Shown here one piece after another: positions 9,429 through 17,755 of a stretch of 64,000 bases of DNA. Both the position numbers and the translations under genes were made by a program. This stretch comes from a virus. Location of the stretch: the IMG/VR virus record IMGVR_UViG_3300035683_000002, positions 9,117-73,116 of that record, one strand, 5' to 3'. The stretch's first letter is position 1. Each line of letters starts with the position of its first letter. The notes below the pieces were generated by a model. That model worked only from the letters and a program-made list of their open reading frames with translations, ran no database searches and was not told the DNA's origin.

Positions 9429-9733
9429 GGGAGTTCATGCCGCCCATGCCGCGCGGGATCCACGAGACGAGGATCGTCTCGGTGTGGCTCAACCTGGTCG
9501 GGTTAGCGCTGATCCTCCCGGTGCTGGTGGCGGTGCTCGTCTTCGACGCACCGTTCTGGCTGGCCTACCTGCCGATGGCTCTGACGATGAGCGCCTACGG
9601 CCTCGGTACGGTGAACCTCGCGCGGCTGCGGCGGCACCGCCGAAGGCTCGACGAGGCCTGGGAGGGCTGGGCGGCGGTCTATCCGGCGCTGCGCTACCGG
9701 AGCTCGCAGGCCGCCGACCGGTCGAAGGCGTGA
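9425..9733 (+). CDS. Membrane protein
   Basis: ATG 9425; two hydrophobic stretches. Confidence 0.55.
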   Translation: MREFMPPMPRGIHETRIVSVWLNLVGLALILPVLVAVLVFDAPFWLAYLPMALTMSAYGLGTVNLARLRRHRRRLDEAWEGWAAVYPALRYRSSQAADRSKA

Positions 9734-10017
9734 GCCTCGCGCCGGATCCTGAGGAAGAGCTGCGGGTCGACCCGCTCGCCGGCGCGCTCGCGGGCGAGGA
9801 CCCCCTGCGCGTAGTCCTCGTTGAGGCGGAGGATCTCGGCCTTGCGGGCGTCGCAGGCCTCGGCCGAGGCGAAGGGGCCGAACCGCTCGGTGCGCGAGCC
9901 AGGTCCCATGTCGCCGGAGAGCCACCAGCGGCGGCCGTCCTGCGCGAGGGTGGTGCCGGCGGCCCCGAAGAGGGCGACCAGCAGGAGGAGCGGCAAGCGG
10001 AAGCGGAACCGGTGCAT
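9694..10017 (-). CDS. Putative exported protein
   Basis: ATG 10017: MHRFRFRLPLLLLVALFGAAGTTLAQ signal-peptide-like; lone gene convergent with the early block. Confidence 0.5.
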   Translation of the reverse strand: MHRFRFRLPLLLLVALFGAAGTTLAQDGRRWWLSGDMGPGSRTERFGPFASAEACDARKAEILRLNEDYAQGVLARERAGERVDPQLFLRIRREAHAFDRSAACELR

Positions 10018-10196
10018 GGTCGGACGTGTCGCACCGACGATCCGTTTCCGCAACGCCGTTTTCGTGGATTTCGGCCCGATTCGAGGGGCGGTTTCCCTCC
10101 TCTGGCCCGCCATTCGGCGGGTGTGCACACCGTTGCGCATAGCGGACGGGTCGAGCCGGAACACCGTTTCCCGTGGAACAGGAGGGGAGGATCCCT

Positions 10197-10550
10197 ATGG
10201 CGATCGAGCTGACGGCCGAGCAGGACTTCGTCCGCTTCCTCCATGAAGACTGCGGCCTTCGCCTCATCCGGCGCCTGCCTGACGGGCGCTTCGCGGCGCT
10301 GCGGGAATTCGCCTACACGGTGGCGGTCGTCGTGGTGAACAACGGCGACCGGGTCGGTGAAGCGGACCGCTGGTGCTACCACCACGTCGTCGCGGCCGCG
10401 CTGGCGCTGGAGGCGTGGGACGGCACGGGCGAGCCCGCCGGCTGGCACCGGCACCCGGCCTCGGGGCGGCGGGTGAGCGAGGATCCGGACGAGATCGACG
10501 ACGACGGCAACCGGGTTGGCGCAGTCGGCGTGGTCTACGAGCGCGGGTAG
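10197..10550 (+). CDS. Hypothetical phage protein
   Basis: ATG 10197 after GGAGGA; DRWCYHH...WDGTGEPAGWHRH. Confidence 0.6.
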   Translation: MAIELTAEQDFVRFLHEDCGLRLIRRLPDGRFAALREFAYTVAVVVVNNGDRVGEADRWCYHHVVAAALALEAWDGTGEPAGWHRHPASGRRVSEDPDEIDDDGNRVGAVGVVYERG

Positions 10551-10559
10551 GGGGCTGGG

Positions 10560-10868
10560 CTAGTCGGGCTCGCGGAGGGCGGCCCCGATGTCGCGGCCGG
10601 CGTAGAGCACCCGCAGGATCACGACCTCGGCGTCGGTGACGATGAAGGCGATCGTGACGCGGCGGCGGTAGCCGACGGTGCGCAGGCCCGGGCGGAGGTC
10701 GTCGCGCCGGGTGCCGCGTTCCGGGAGGATCGCGAAGCCGGTGAGGTGGGCCCGAAGGGCTCTGACCCAGGCGAGGGCGCGCTCGGGCGGGGCGCGCTCG
10801 GCGAGGCTCCGGGAGATGCCGGTGAGGTCCTCGCGGGCGGCCGGCGTGAGGCGGACTCTAAGCGTCAC
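10560..10868 (-). CDS. parE: ParE/RelE-family toxin
   Basis: GTG 10868: VRLTPAAREDL...PERGTRRDDLRPGLRTVGYRRRVTIAF...VVILRVLYAGRD. Confidence 0.9.
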   Translation of the reverse strand: MTLRVRLTPAAREDLTGISRSLAERAPPERALAWVRALRAHLTGFAILPERGTRRDDLRPGLRTVGYRRRVTIAFIVTDAEVVILRVLYAGRDIGAALREPD

Positions 10869-11142
10869 GTGCGGCGATGCGGGCGGCGATGTCCGCTTCC
10901 AGCGTGTCGAACACCTCGTCGAGGTCGAGGAGGCTCTCCGGGTTGGCCTTCGCCTCGTCGTGGGCGGTGAGCACCTCCACCCGCAGCCAGCGCTCGACGA
11001 CGGCGTCGCGCTCCTGCAGGGCGCGGAGGCCGGCGCGGACCACCTCGCTGACGGTGGCGTAGCCGCCGCGATCGACGAGGCGGTCGATGTAGGCGGCCTG
11101 GTCGGCCGGGAGGCTGACGGTGCGCTTCTCGACGGGGGGCAT
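10858..11142 (-). CDS. parD: ParD-like RHH antitoxin
   Basis: KRTVSLPADQAAYIDRLVDRGGYATVSEVVRAGLRAL; directly upstream of and overlapping parE. Confidence 0.88.
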   Translation of the reverse strand: MPPVEKRTVSLPADQAAYIDRLVDRGGYATVSEVVRAGLRALQERDAVVERWLRVEVLTAHDEAKANPESLLDLDEVFDTLEADIAARIAARDA

Positions 11143-11187
11143 GGTGATCTCCGGCGCGGTGTGAATCTGTCATACCACGGTCGCGGG

Positions 11188-11219
11188 CGTTCGGGAATCA
11201 CGGTGATGATTTCCGAACG
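11188..11219. promoter_or_regulatory. Inverted repeat upstream of parDE (possible TA operator)
   Basis: CGTTCGGGAATCA-N6-TGATTTCCGAACG, 12/13 arm match. Confidence 0.45.
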
Positions 11220-11304
11220 GGGGTGGCTCCCGGAGCGCCGGGGTTTTCGGCGGTTGTCGGCTGACAACCGGGCCGGCATTTGGCCCACGGCAGCCCGGCA
11301 TGGA

Positions 11305-11378
11305 ATTCGGTTGTCACCGAATAGGGGTGGGCAAGCCGTTGATCTGGCGAGCTCGGGAATTCGGTTGCCACCGAATTC
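11305..11378. promoter_or_regulatory. Pair of palindromic protein-binding-like sites
   Basis: ATTCGGT-TGTC-ACCGAAT (11305-11322) and GAATTCGGT-TGCC-ACCGAATTC (11357-11378), 80-155 bp left of the dif-like site. Confidence 0.55.
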
Positions 11379-11459
11379 GCCACCGAGCTTGACCCGGCGG
11401 GGCGAATCGGCGCATGAGGGCGGTCTTCGGAAAGGGTGCCAAGCGGCGCCCTTTTCGTG

Positions 11460-11487
11460 TTGCCGTATAAGATGTCTTATGGAAAGA
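11460..11487. other. dif-like XerCD recombination core site
   Basis: TTGCCGTATAA-GATGTC-TTATGGAAAGA has the 11-6-11 layout with ATAA-N6-TTATG, as in E. coli dif GGTGCGCATAA-TGTATA-TTATGTTAAAT. It lies in a non-coding AT-richer island. Confidence 0.65.
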
Positions 11488-11754
11488 GCGCGCGTAACGA
11501 TCCAACCGGAAGCCGCAGAAGACCGCGGCCTTCCGCCCGACTGAACCAGCCGGTCGGGCCGTCCCGGACGTACCGAGGGTCGGAGGGTCAGAAAGGACAG
11601 AACGCCGCCATCCGGCTACGATCGCCGCGCGGCGGTCCCCCCGTGTGAAGCGTGGTCTGCCGCAGCCGCGGCGGCGATGCACTCAGGAGGTCATCGCCGC
11701 CGCGGTCCCGCCCTCATCCCGGGTTCAGCGCCAGCGCCGCCGCCTGAGCCCGGG

Positions 11755-12018
11755 TCAGCGGCCGGGCGGTTCGGACACGCGCCCAGGCACCCAGGGCTCG
11801 ATTGCGGGCATGGCCGCGGGCACGGGCCGGGCCGCGAGGTCGGCCGCGGCGCTCGCCTTCAGCCGCTCGACGGCCGCGAGCGCCGTCCCGAGTTCGATCG
11901 CCGTTTCGGGCCGGACGCCGGGGACATCCGTCGTGGTCAGCAGCCGCGCGGCCCGCAGCAGCCCCTCGTGGGCGTCGGCGATCCGCTCGTTGAATTCGGC
12001 TCGCGGGCTCCCGCTCAT
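11755..12018 (-). CDS. Hypothetical protein
   Basis: 87 aa with an RBS. Confidence 0.5.
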   Translation of the reverse strand: MSGSPRAEFNERIADAHEGLLRAARLLTTTDVPGVRPETAIELGTALAAVERLKASAAADLAARPVPAAMPAIEPWVPGRVSEPPGR

Positions 12019-12032
12019 GCTCCCCTCCCCCT

Positions 12033-12293
12033 CTACTTCGTGCTTGCCTGCGCCCGCACCGGATCGGGCGTCGTCCAGTCGTCGCAGCGGCCGCAGTACC
12101 CCTGCTCGACGTCCTTCGGATGGAAGCTCGTCATCCCGCAGCGCGGGCAGGTGATCGAGGTCGTCGTGGTGCCCTCGCGCTGACGGATCTCGGCGTAGAG
12201 CGCGAAGGCGGCGAGCTTCAGCCCGTCGAGATCGAGGTCCGCCGCCAGGCGGCGGATCTGGGCGGGGGTGACCGTCGAATGGTCACTCTGCAT
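12033..12293 (-). CDS. Hypothetical phage protein with zinc ribbon
   Basis: ATG 12293; ITCPRCGMTSFHPKDVEQGYCGRCDDW. Confidence 0.55.
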   Translation of the reverse strand: MQSDHSTVTPAQIRRLAADLDLDGLKLAAFALYAEIRQREGTTTTSITCPRCGMTSFHPKDVEQGYCGRCDDWTTPDPVRAQASTK

Positions 12294-12444
12294 CGTCCGC
12301 GTTCTCCCATCCCGTGAGCCACGCGCACCATTGGGCGGCGGACACGCCGAGCGCGTCATAGGGGTTCTCGACCTCTGTCTTGCCGGCCACGCGGGCGTTG
12401 AAGCCCTCGTTGAAAGCCTCGTCCGGCACCGGCAGTCGGGTCAT
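12283..12444 (-). CDS. Rmf/CrpP-like small protein
   Basis: ATG 12444: EAFNEGFNARVAGKTEVENPY......QWCAWLTGW, resembling the ribosome-modulation-factor-like pattern. Confidence 0.5.
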   Translation of the reverse strand: MTRLPVPDEAFNEGFNARVAGKTEVENPYDALGVSAAQWCAWLTGWENADDAE

Positions 12445-12692
12445 CAGGCCCCCTGCCCGGCCGGCTCTGGCATCGGCGCGTCGCCCTCGGCCCAGACGGC
12501 ACAGCCGCCGGTGGGCTCGATGTCGGACCAGGGGACCCGGAAATACTGCGGGTCCTCCTCGTCGCTGTTCTGGACGTAGCCGAGCACGCCCCAGGCCGCC
12601 GTTACCGTGACAACGAGGAAGCAGCGCGGCGCGACTTTCGAGCCAGGCTTGACCTGTACGACCTCGCCGGCCTTCAGCCGGCAACGTCGCAT
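12444..12692 (-). CDS. Hypothetical phage protein
   Basis: ATG 12692; GEVVQVKP...CFLVVT...WGVLGYV. Confidence 0.55.
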   Translation of the reverse strand: MRRCRLKAGEVVQVKPGSKVAPRCFLVVTVTAAWGVLGYVQNSDEEDPQYFRVPWSDIEPTGGCAVWAEGDAPMPEPAGQGA

Positions 12693-12697
12693 CGGCC

Positions 12698-13732
12698 TTA
12701 GCCCTTGGCCCGCGGCATGAGCCGGAAGCCGTTGACGATCGCGTTGCGGGGGACCGCCGGCGGGCTCGGCGCGAGCTGCAGGCCGCGGCGCGTGGCCTCG
12801 ACGCGAGCGTCGGGGTAGGCCGCGAGCACGTCGGGCAGCTCGTCGCGGATGCGCCTGGCGAGCTCCTTCGTGGCGCTCTCGGCGGCGCCGAGCTGGTCGG
12901 AGAGCTGGGACCACGAGAGGTGGAGCGGCGCCGACAGCCGCGGCAGGCGGTAGGCGAAGAGCGCGTAGAGGTCGAGGCCGAGGCTGCTGGCGGAGAGGGA
13001 CTTCAGCGCGCGGCGGTCGAGCGGGGCCGCGTGGTCGCGGAGGTCTTCGAAGAAGGTCGGGTGGAGGGTGACGGCCTCGGGGAAGAGGCGGCCGTCGGCT
13101 TGCGCGACCATGTCCAGCCCCTCGACCATGCGGATGTCGCGCAGGGTGCGGACCTGGGTGCCGTTGACCTCGCCGTCCCATTGCAGGGTGAAGGTGCAGC
13201 GGCTGAGGCGGAGCGCCTGCTCGCGGACCATCGAGATCTTCTCGGCCTTCACCGGCAGGTCGAGGGTCCGCATGAAGGCCGAGATCGTGCGGCCGAGGTG
13301 GATGACGGGCTTCTGGGTCCGCACCGCCTCGGTCTGGAGGTAGATGAGGATCAGGCGGGCCTTGGCGCCGAAGGGGACGCCGACGAAGAGGCGCTCCTGC
13401 TCGGCGAGGTTCGCCGGCGGCAGGGCCCGGTTGCCGCTCCCCCGCTCCTGCATCACGCCGGGCTGCACCATGAGGGTGAAGCGCCCCGCGGCGCGCCGCC
13501 ACACCTGCTGGTTCGAGCGCGGGCGGCTGTGCGGGAGGTAGGTTTGGCAGAGTCCGGAGTGGAGGAAGGCGAGGTCTTCGGGTGTCGGTACGGAGAGCAT
13601 CATCTGTTGCGCCAATTCGAGCTTTCGGACGATGCGCTGCCGCTCAAGCTGGCTGGTGACGCCGGCTGTCTCGCTGCGGATGGCCTCCTCGAGGCCGAAC
13701 ATTGTCAGTTGGTCTCGGGGGGATTGTACCAT
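12698..13732 (-). CDS. repA: Plasmid replication initiator RepA (RepA_C family, IncW/IncP-9-like)
   Basis: FLHSGLCQTYLPH, GVPFGAKARLILIYLQTEA, IHLGRTISAFMRTL, LSASSLGLDLYALFAYRL; adjacent to iterons. Confidence 0.85.
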   Translation of the reverse strand: MVQSPRDQLTMFGLEEAIRSETAGVTSQLERQRIVRKLELAQQMMLSVPTPEDLAFLHSGLCQTYLPHSRPRSNQQVWRRAAGRFTLMVQPGVMQERGSGNRALPPANLAEQERLFVGVPFGAKARLILIYLQTEAVRTQKPVIHLGRTISAFMRTLDLPVKAEKISMVREQALRLSRCTFTLQWDGEVNGTQVRTLRDIRMVEGLDMVAQADGRLFPEAVTLHPTFFEDLRDHAAPLDRRALKSLSASSLGLDLYALFAYRLPRLSAPLHLSWSQLSDQLGAAESATKELARRIRDELPDVLAAYPDARVEATRRGLQLAPSPPAVPRNAIVNGFRLMPRAKG

Positions 13733-13826
13733 CTTGGCCCGGCTTCTTAAAGGTTAAGGTCCCGTCTCGACACTTGCACCGGCGTGAAGAGAATTCCAGC
13801 GCGCTAAGTTGCAGGAGACGGTTCTC

Positions 13827-14182
13827 CACACCCGATCGCCCACCTCACATGCAACCTGGGCGATTCATCGGGCCGGGCTCGCTGCGATTCACACCCGATC
13901 GCCCACCTCGGCGCCGGCCGATTCGCACCCGATCACCCACCAAAGGCCGGGTTATCCACACCCGGTCACCCACCCATACCTATAAAGATAGACTCAGAAT
14001 CCTATAGGGCGGCCGCCGAGCGCCCGTCGGGCGCCCTCCAGCCGGGCTGCGACGCCCCTGGCGCGCCGTTTTCACCGGAACGCTCCGGATGCATCCCGAA
14101 ATCTCTCTTTTTCGCGACCTGAAAAAAGGCTGAAAACAGGGCTTTAGAGGGGGTCCGGCCAAAAGGTGGGAGATCGGGTGTA
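13827..14182. repeat. Plasmid oriV: iterons, DnaA box and AT-rich tract
   Basis: 18-bp C(A/G)CACCCG(A/G)TC(G/A)CCCACC at 13827, 13890, 13924 and 13957, plus an inverted copy at 14165-14182. Perfect DnaA box TTATCCACA at 13952-13960. AT-rich stretch at ~13975-14005. Confidence 0.88.
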
Positions 14183-14464
14183 GATCGCGGAAGGAAGCCG
14201 CCCGAATCAACGGTGTGTCTGTCTATTTCTACATGTCAGACGGGTTTCATTCCGGGAAAATGAGCTTGTCTCAGTCCGGAGAGGTTACGGACAATTTGCC
14301 GGGAATGTCGGGCAGGTAATGATCGTTACCACCGATGGAATGTCGGCGGATCCGTGCCTTCAGCGCGGTGTGGTGGACCCCCGCCCACCACCGCCCGGTA
14401 GTAGGGTCCAGGGGCGCCGGCCCCCGGCCGACCCCCCTCCCCTCCCCTCCCCTGCCCTGCCCGC

Positions 14465-14821
14465 TCAGCGACCCCAGAGGGTTCCGCTGTTCTTCGCCGC
14501 GCGAAGGCGCTCCTCCTCCTTCGCAACGAACTCCGCGACGGCGCGCTCGACCAGCGCGGCCATCGGCACGCGGAGCTCCTCGTGAAGCCCCTTCAGGCGG
14601 GCATGCAGCGGCGTCCGCAGGCGAACCGAGAAGAGTCGATGGGGTGGCTGATACCCCTCCCCTTCCCGCGCGGCGGACGCCGCTGCATTCCCTGGCGGCA
14701 CCGGCAGCTGGTGCACGGTGCCGCCCGTCTCTCCCGTCGCTCCGCCCAGCAGGCGCTCCACCTCGGGATCGGTGAGGTCAACCCTAGGCGGCCGTGCCGA
14801 GGGCGAAGGAGATTTGCTCAT
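14465..14821 (-). CDS. Small RHH centromere-binding partition protein (ParG/omega-like)
   Basis: ATG 14821. Disordered N-terminus, then [36 protein letters not shown]; immediately downstream of parA. Confidence 0.7.
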   Translation of the reverse strand: MSKSPSPSARPPRVDLTDPEVERLLGGATGETGGTVHQLPVPPGNAAASAAREGEGYQPPHRLFSVRLRTPLHARLKGLHEELRVPMAALVERAVAEFVAKEEERLRAAKNSGTLWGR

Positions 14822-15485
14822 GTCCGTAGATCTCCGCCTGAACGGCCCGCATCTCGTTGCCGGCCTTGGTGTCGGTCTTGCTGTCACGCACCCGCGGCTC
14901 GAAGCAGGTGCGGCCGCTCTCCTCGTTCTGGCCGTAGATGGCGCGGCTGATGAGCACGCTGCGCATCAGCTCGAGGTGCTCGTAGTTCGCGCCCCCGATC
15001 TTCTCCTGGGCCTCGGCGATCACCGGGCCGGTGAGGGTGGGGTTTGAGGAGACCTGGTTGAGCAGCACCCGGGTGCGCAGCGCCGGGTTCTGCAGCCGCA
15101 CCTCGCCGAGCAGGTTGTCGAGCTTCTCGAGCGTCCACCAGGCGTAGGCCGTCGGGTTGATCGGCACGACGAGCTGGTGGGAGACGAGCATCGCGCCGCG
15201 CAGCTCGACGGTGTCGCGGCCGCCGGTGTCGACGACGACGTTCTCGAAGTGGTTGGCGAGGTCCTGCAGCGTCGCGGCGACGGCGCGGCTGGTCTTCTGG
15301 ATGCACATGATCCGGGGCTGCAGCTTGGCGGCCTCGCGGGCGGCGATGAAGGCGCTGGCGCTCATCTGCGGGTCGGCGTCGACGAGGAGCACGCTCTTCC
15401 CCTCGCGCGCGAGCAGGTAGGCGAGGTGAACGGCGAGGGTCGTCTTGCCGACCCCGCCCTTCTCCCCGCCGCAGGTGACGATCAT
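14784..15485 (-). CDS. parA: ParA-family partition ATPase (short, type Ib-like)
   Basis: [11 protein letters not shown] Walker [16 protein letters not shown]; no N-terminal HTH. Confidence 0.93.
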   Translation of the reverse strand: MIVTCGGEKGGVGKTTLAVHLAYLLAREGKSVLLVDADPQMSASAFIAAREAAKLQPRIMCIQKTSRAVAATLQDLANHFENVVVDTGGRDTVELRGAMLVSHQLVVPINPTAYAWWTLEKLDNLLGEVRLQNPALRTRVLLNQVSSNPTLTGPVIAEAQEKIGGANYEHLELMRSVLISRAIYGQNEESGRTCFEPRVRDSKTDTKAGNEMRAVQAEIYGHEQISFALGTAA

Positions 15486-15515
15486 GCCCAATCCCCCTGG
15501 GTGGTGGAGTTCGAT

Positions 15516-15544
15516 ACGCTATTGTGGAGGTTGAAGGACCGCAA
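15516..15544 (-). promoter_or_regulatory. Putative sigma70 promoter of the par operon
   Basis: Minus strand TTGCGG-N17-TAGCGT, ending 30 nt before the parA ATG. Confidence 0.5.
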
Positions 15545-15740
15545 CAGACAACGGTGTGATGCACCCCGGTACTGCGCGGGAGTGACCGGAGGGCAACGCC
15601 ACCGCGCACCACCGACCACCACCGCGCGGTGGTCCACCACACCGGCCACCACCGCACACCACCGCGCGGTGGTGTGCGACTCAACGCGGCGCCGAACCGA
15701 GCTAAGCTCCCCGACTCAACGCCGCAGAGGGAGGCACCGC

Positions 15741-16310
15741 ATGAGAGGGGATCCAAGCAGGACCGTCATCGAGGAGGCGATGGCGCTGATGGAGGCCTCG
15801 GCCGAGGAGAACCGCCGCCGCGCCGCCGAGGACAGGATCACGACGCCGCCGACGGCCACCGGCCGGTATGGCCGGGCCTGGGAGATCGACCTCCCGGCCA
15901 CCCTCGCCAAGCGGGGAGCAAAGGCGGAGACCTCGTCCGGCGTGGTCTCCTGGGTGGTGGAAGCGCCCTGGGCGCACCCCTTCATCCACTCCCACTACCT
16001 CTACGTCTGCCACCTCCGGGCCAACCCGGCCGTGCCGCCGCCGATCATCCACCTCCCCGGCGCCACGCACGAGTTCTGGCTCTACGCGATCGACCCGTCG
16101 CAGCCGCGCCAGCCGATGATTGAGACCGGCGCCGTCGTCGGGATGCACCCGATCACCTTCGCCGCCCAGCTCGTCGAGGCCTCCGACGAAGCGGCGGCGA
16201 ACACCGTCTACCTGGCGGTCGCGGCGATCATCGAGGGCCGACTCTCGCCCGATGCCGACCACCGGCGAGTCTGGGGGGAGCTGTTCGGCTTCAACATGTT
16301 GCGGCGCTGA
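15741..16310 (+). CDS. Conserved hypothetical phage protein
   Basis: ATG 15741 after GGAGG; WVVEAPWAHPFIHSH...PGATHEF. Confidence 0.65.
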   Translation: MRGDPSRTVIEEAMALMEASAEENRRRAAEDRITTPPTATGRYGRAWEIDLPATLAKRGAKAETSSGVVSWVVEAPWAHPFIHSHYLYVCHLRANPAVPPPIIHLPGATHEFWLYAIDPSQPRQPMIETGAVVGMHPITFAAQLVEASDEAAANTVYLAVAAIIEGRLSPDADHRRVWGELFGFNMLRR

Positions 16311-16380
16311 GCACCACCGCGCGGTGGTCCACCACACCGCTCACCACCGGCCACCACCGCTTACCACCGCCCGGTGGTCA

Positions 16381-16914
16381 TCAACCCCGCAGGTCGCGGA
16401 GGTCCACCATCACCCCGGCCTCGGGCAGCGCCCGGTCGATCCGCCAGCCGGCCGCGCGGAGCATCGCGAGGGCCTGGCCGTGCTCGCCCCGCCGCCGGAG
16501 ATCCATGAAGCGGGCCGCTGTCACCCCGTTCCAGGACGCCGGCAGCGGGATCGCGTGGACGATGTCGCCGGGCTCGCCGTGCCAGGCCTCGACCGCGCGC
16601 CGGAACCCCTCATCGTCATCACCGGCGCCGCGATAGACGACCTCGCCGGTCTCCTCGACCAGCAGAGTCACGGTGCGATGGGCCGCCTCCCCCTCGAAAG
16701 TGGCGCGGAGCGTGCCGCGCGGCGTGGCGCGGAGCGCGCTGGCGCGCGGCGTGGCGCGGCGGAGCGGCGGCGGATCGACCAGGCGGCCGCAGGAGGGGCG
16801 CTTGCAGATCGCGCCCGGCGGGGCGTCGCAGTCGGCCCTCGGGCAGGGGGCATCACCACCGCGCGGTGGTCCACCACACCGCTCACCACCGCTCACCACC
16901 GCATCATCCTCCAT
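16381..16914 (-). CDS. Hypothetical protein (start uncertain; 5' end overlaps a repeat cluster)
   Basis: The C-terminal half has good coding bias. Confidence 0.4.
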   Translation of the reverse strand: MEDDAVVSGGERCGGPPRGGDAPCPRADCDAPPGAICKRPSCGRLVDPPPLRRATPRASALRATPRGTLRATFEGEAAHRTVTLLVEETGEVVYRGAGDDDEGFRRAVEAWHGEPGDIVHAIPLPASWNGVTAARFMDLRRRGEHGQALAMLRAAGWRIDRALPEAGVMVDLRDLRG

Positions 16915-17101
16915 CGTGCTCCTCCATCGCGTCCAGCAGGGTGGCCTCAGGCCGCCACGGGCCCGGCGCGCCACCAAAGGCGGTTCGCCAAGCGCCGCAG
17001 CCGCCGCAGATGTCGGTCTGGCCCGAGCCGTAGACGCGCGGGATCAGCGGCCCCGGGCCGATCGTCCCCTTCGGGTGGCGGCAGGCCTCCGACTCAGCCA
17101 C
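16904..17101 (-). CDS. Small hypothetical protein
   Basis: GTG 17101; CRHP...DICGGCGAWR. Confidence 0.35.
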   Translation of the reverse strand: MAESEACRHPKGTIGPGPLIPRVYGSGQTDICGGCGAWRTAFGGAPGPWRPEATLLDAMEEHDGG

Positions 17102-17177
17102 CCGGGGCACCACCGCGCGGTGGTCCACCACACCGCTCACCACCGCTCACCACCGCTCACCACCGCGCACCACCGCT

Positions 17178-17450
17178 CTATGCGGCGCGGGTGACGCCCG
17201 AACAGCGCCCCTCCGCACGGTTGAACGCTGCCTCCATCCGCTCGAATGCGACGTCCATCTGGCGCACCGCCTCGTCGATCTCGGCGTCGATCTGCGCCCG
17301 CGCCTCCGGCGTCATGGGGCAGGGGCTGAAGGAGATCTCCACCCGGTGCTCGACCGTCGGCGGCCGCGGCCGGAAGACCGCCGCCAGGCCGGCGAGCCAG
17401 GCAAGCCAGCGGACGCGCAGGGAGGGGGTGGGCTCGGCTCGGTCGGTCAC
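17178..17450 (-). CDS. Hypothetical protein
   Basis: 90 aa; GTGA overlap. Confidence 0.5.
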   Translation of the reverse strand: MTDRAEPTPSLRVRWLAWLAGLAAVFRPRPPTVEHRVEISFSPCPMTPEARAQIDAEIDEAVRQMDVAFERMEAAFNRAEGRCSGVTRAA

Positions 17451-17755
17451 AGCCAGGTCTCCAGGATGCGGCGGTCATCCCCCCTCGACCGCTCCACGCG
17501 GAGCAGGCCGGGGGGCAGGAAGGAGCGGAGCTCGTCGAGCGAGCCGGACTGCAGCAGGGCAGGGGTGGGGTAGGGGGCAGGGTGCAGCAGCCAGAGCCGC
17601 GCCTCGAAGCCGCCGGCGCTGTCGGCCGTCACCACCCAGGCCGGAAGCTGGTTCGCGCGGCGGACGCGCCCGACCAGCCCGAGGACCTCGCGGCGGACGC
17701 CCACCACGGCCGCGGCGATCGGCGCCTCGTCCCGCGGGGGCTCCGCCAGCATCAT
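17447..17755 (-). CDS. Hypothetical phage protein
   Basis: SLDELRSFLPPGLLRVERSRGDDRRILETWL pattern. Confidence 0.6.
   Translation of the reverse strand: MMLAEPPRDEAPIAAAVVGVRREVLGLVGRVRRANQLPAWVVTADSAGGFEARLWLLHPAPYPTPALLQSGSLDELRSFLPPGLLRVERSRGDDRRILETWL

Larger units (their letters stand above)
15599..17176. repeat. Four clusters of CACCACCG repeats with the palindrome ACCACCGCGCGGTGGT (candidate centromere)
   Basis: Clusters at ~15599-15673, 16312-16378, 16854-16901 and 17108-17176. Each has the 16-bp palindrome, and tandem ~10-bp CTCACCACCG-type units follow it. Confidence 0.8.

Noticed and set aside
10155-10180. Alphaproteobacterial LexA box (GAAC-N7-GAAC)
   Set aside because: The two GAAC here are 13 nt apart, not 7; I found no convincing SOS box near the repressor region either.
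11150-11700. Protelomerase target (linear N15-like plasmid)
   Set aside because: Only short palindromes are present, no long perfect telRL-type palindrome, and no protelomerase gene is visible; the 11-6-11 dif pattern fits better.
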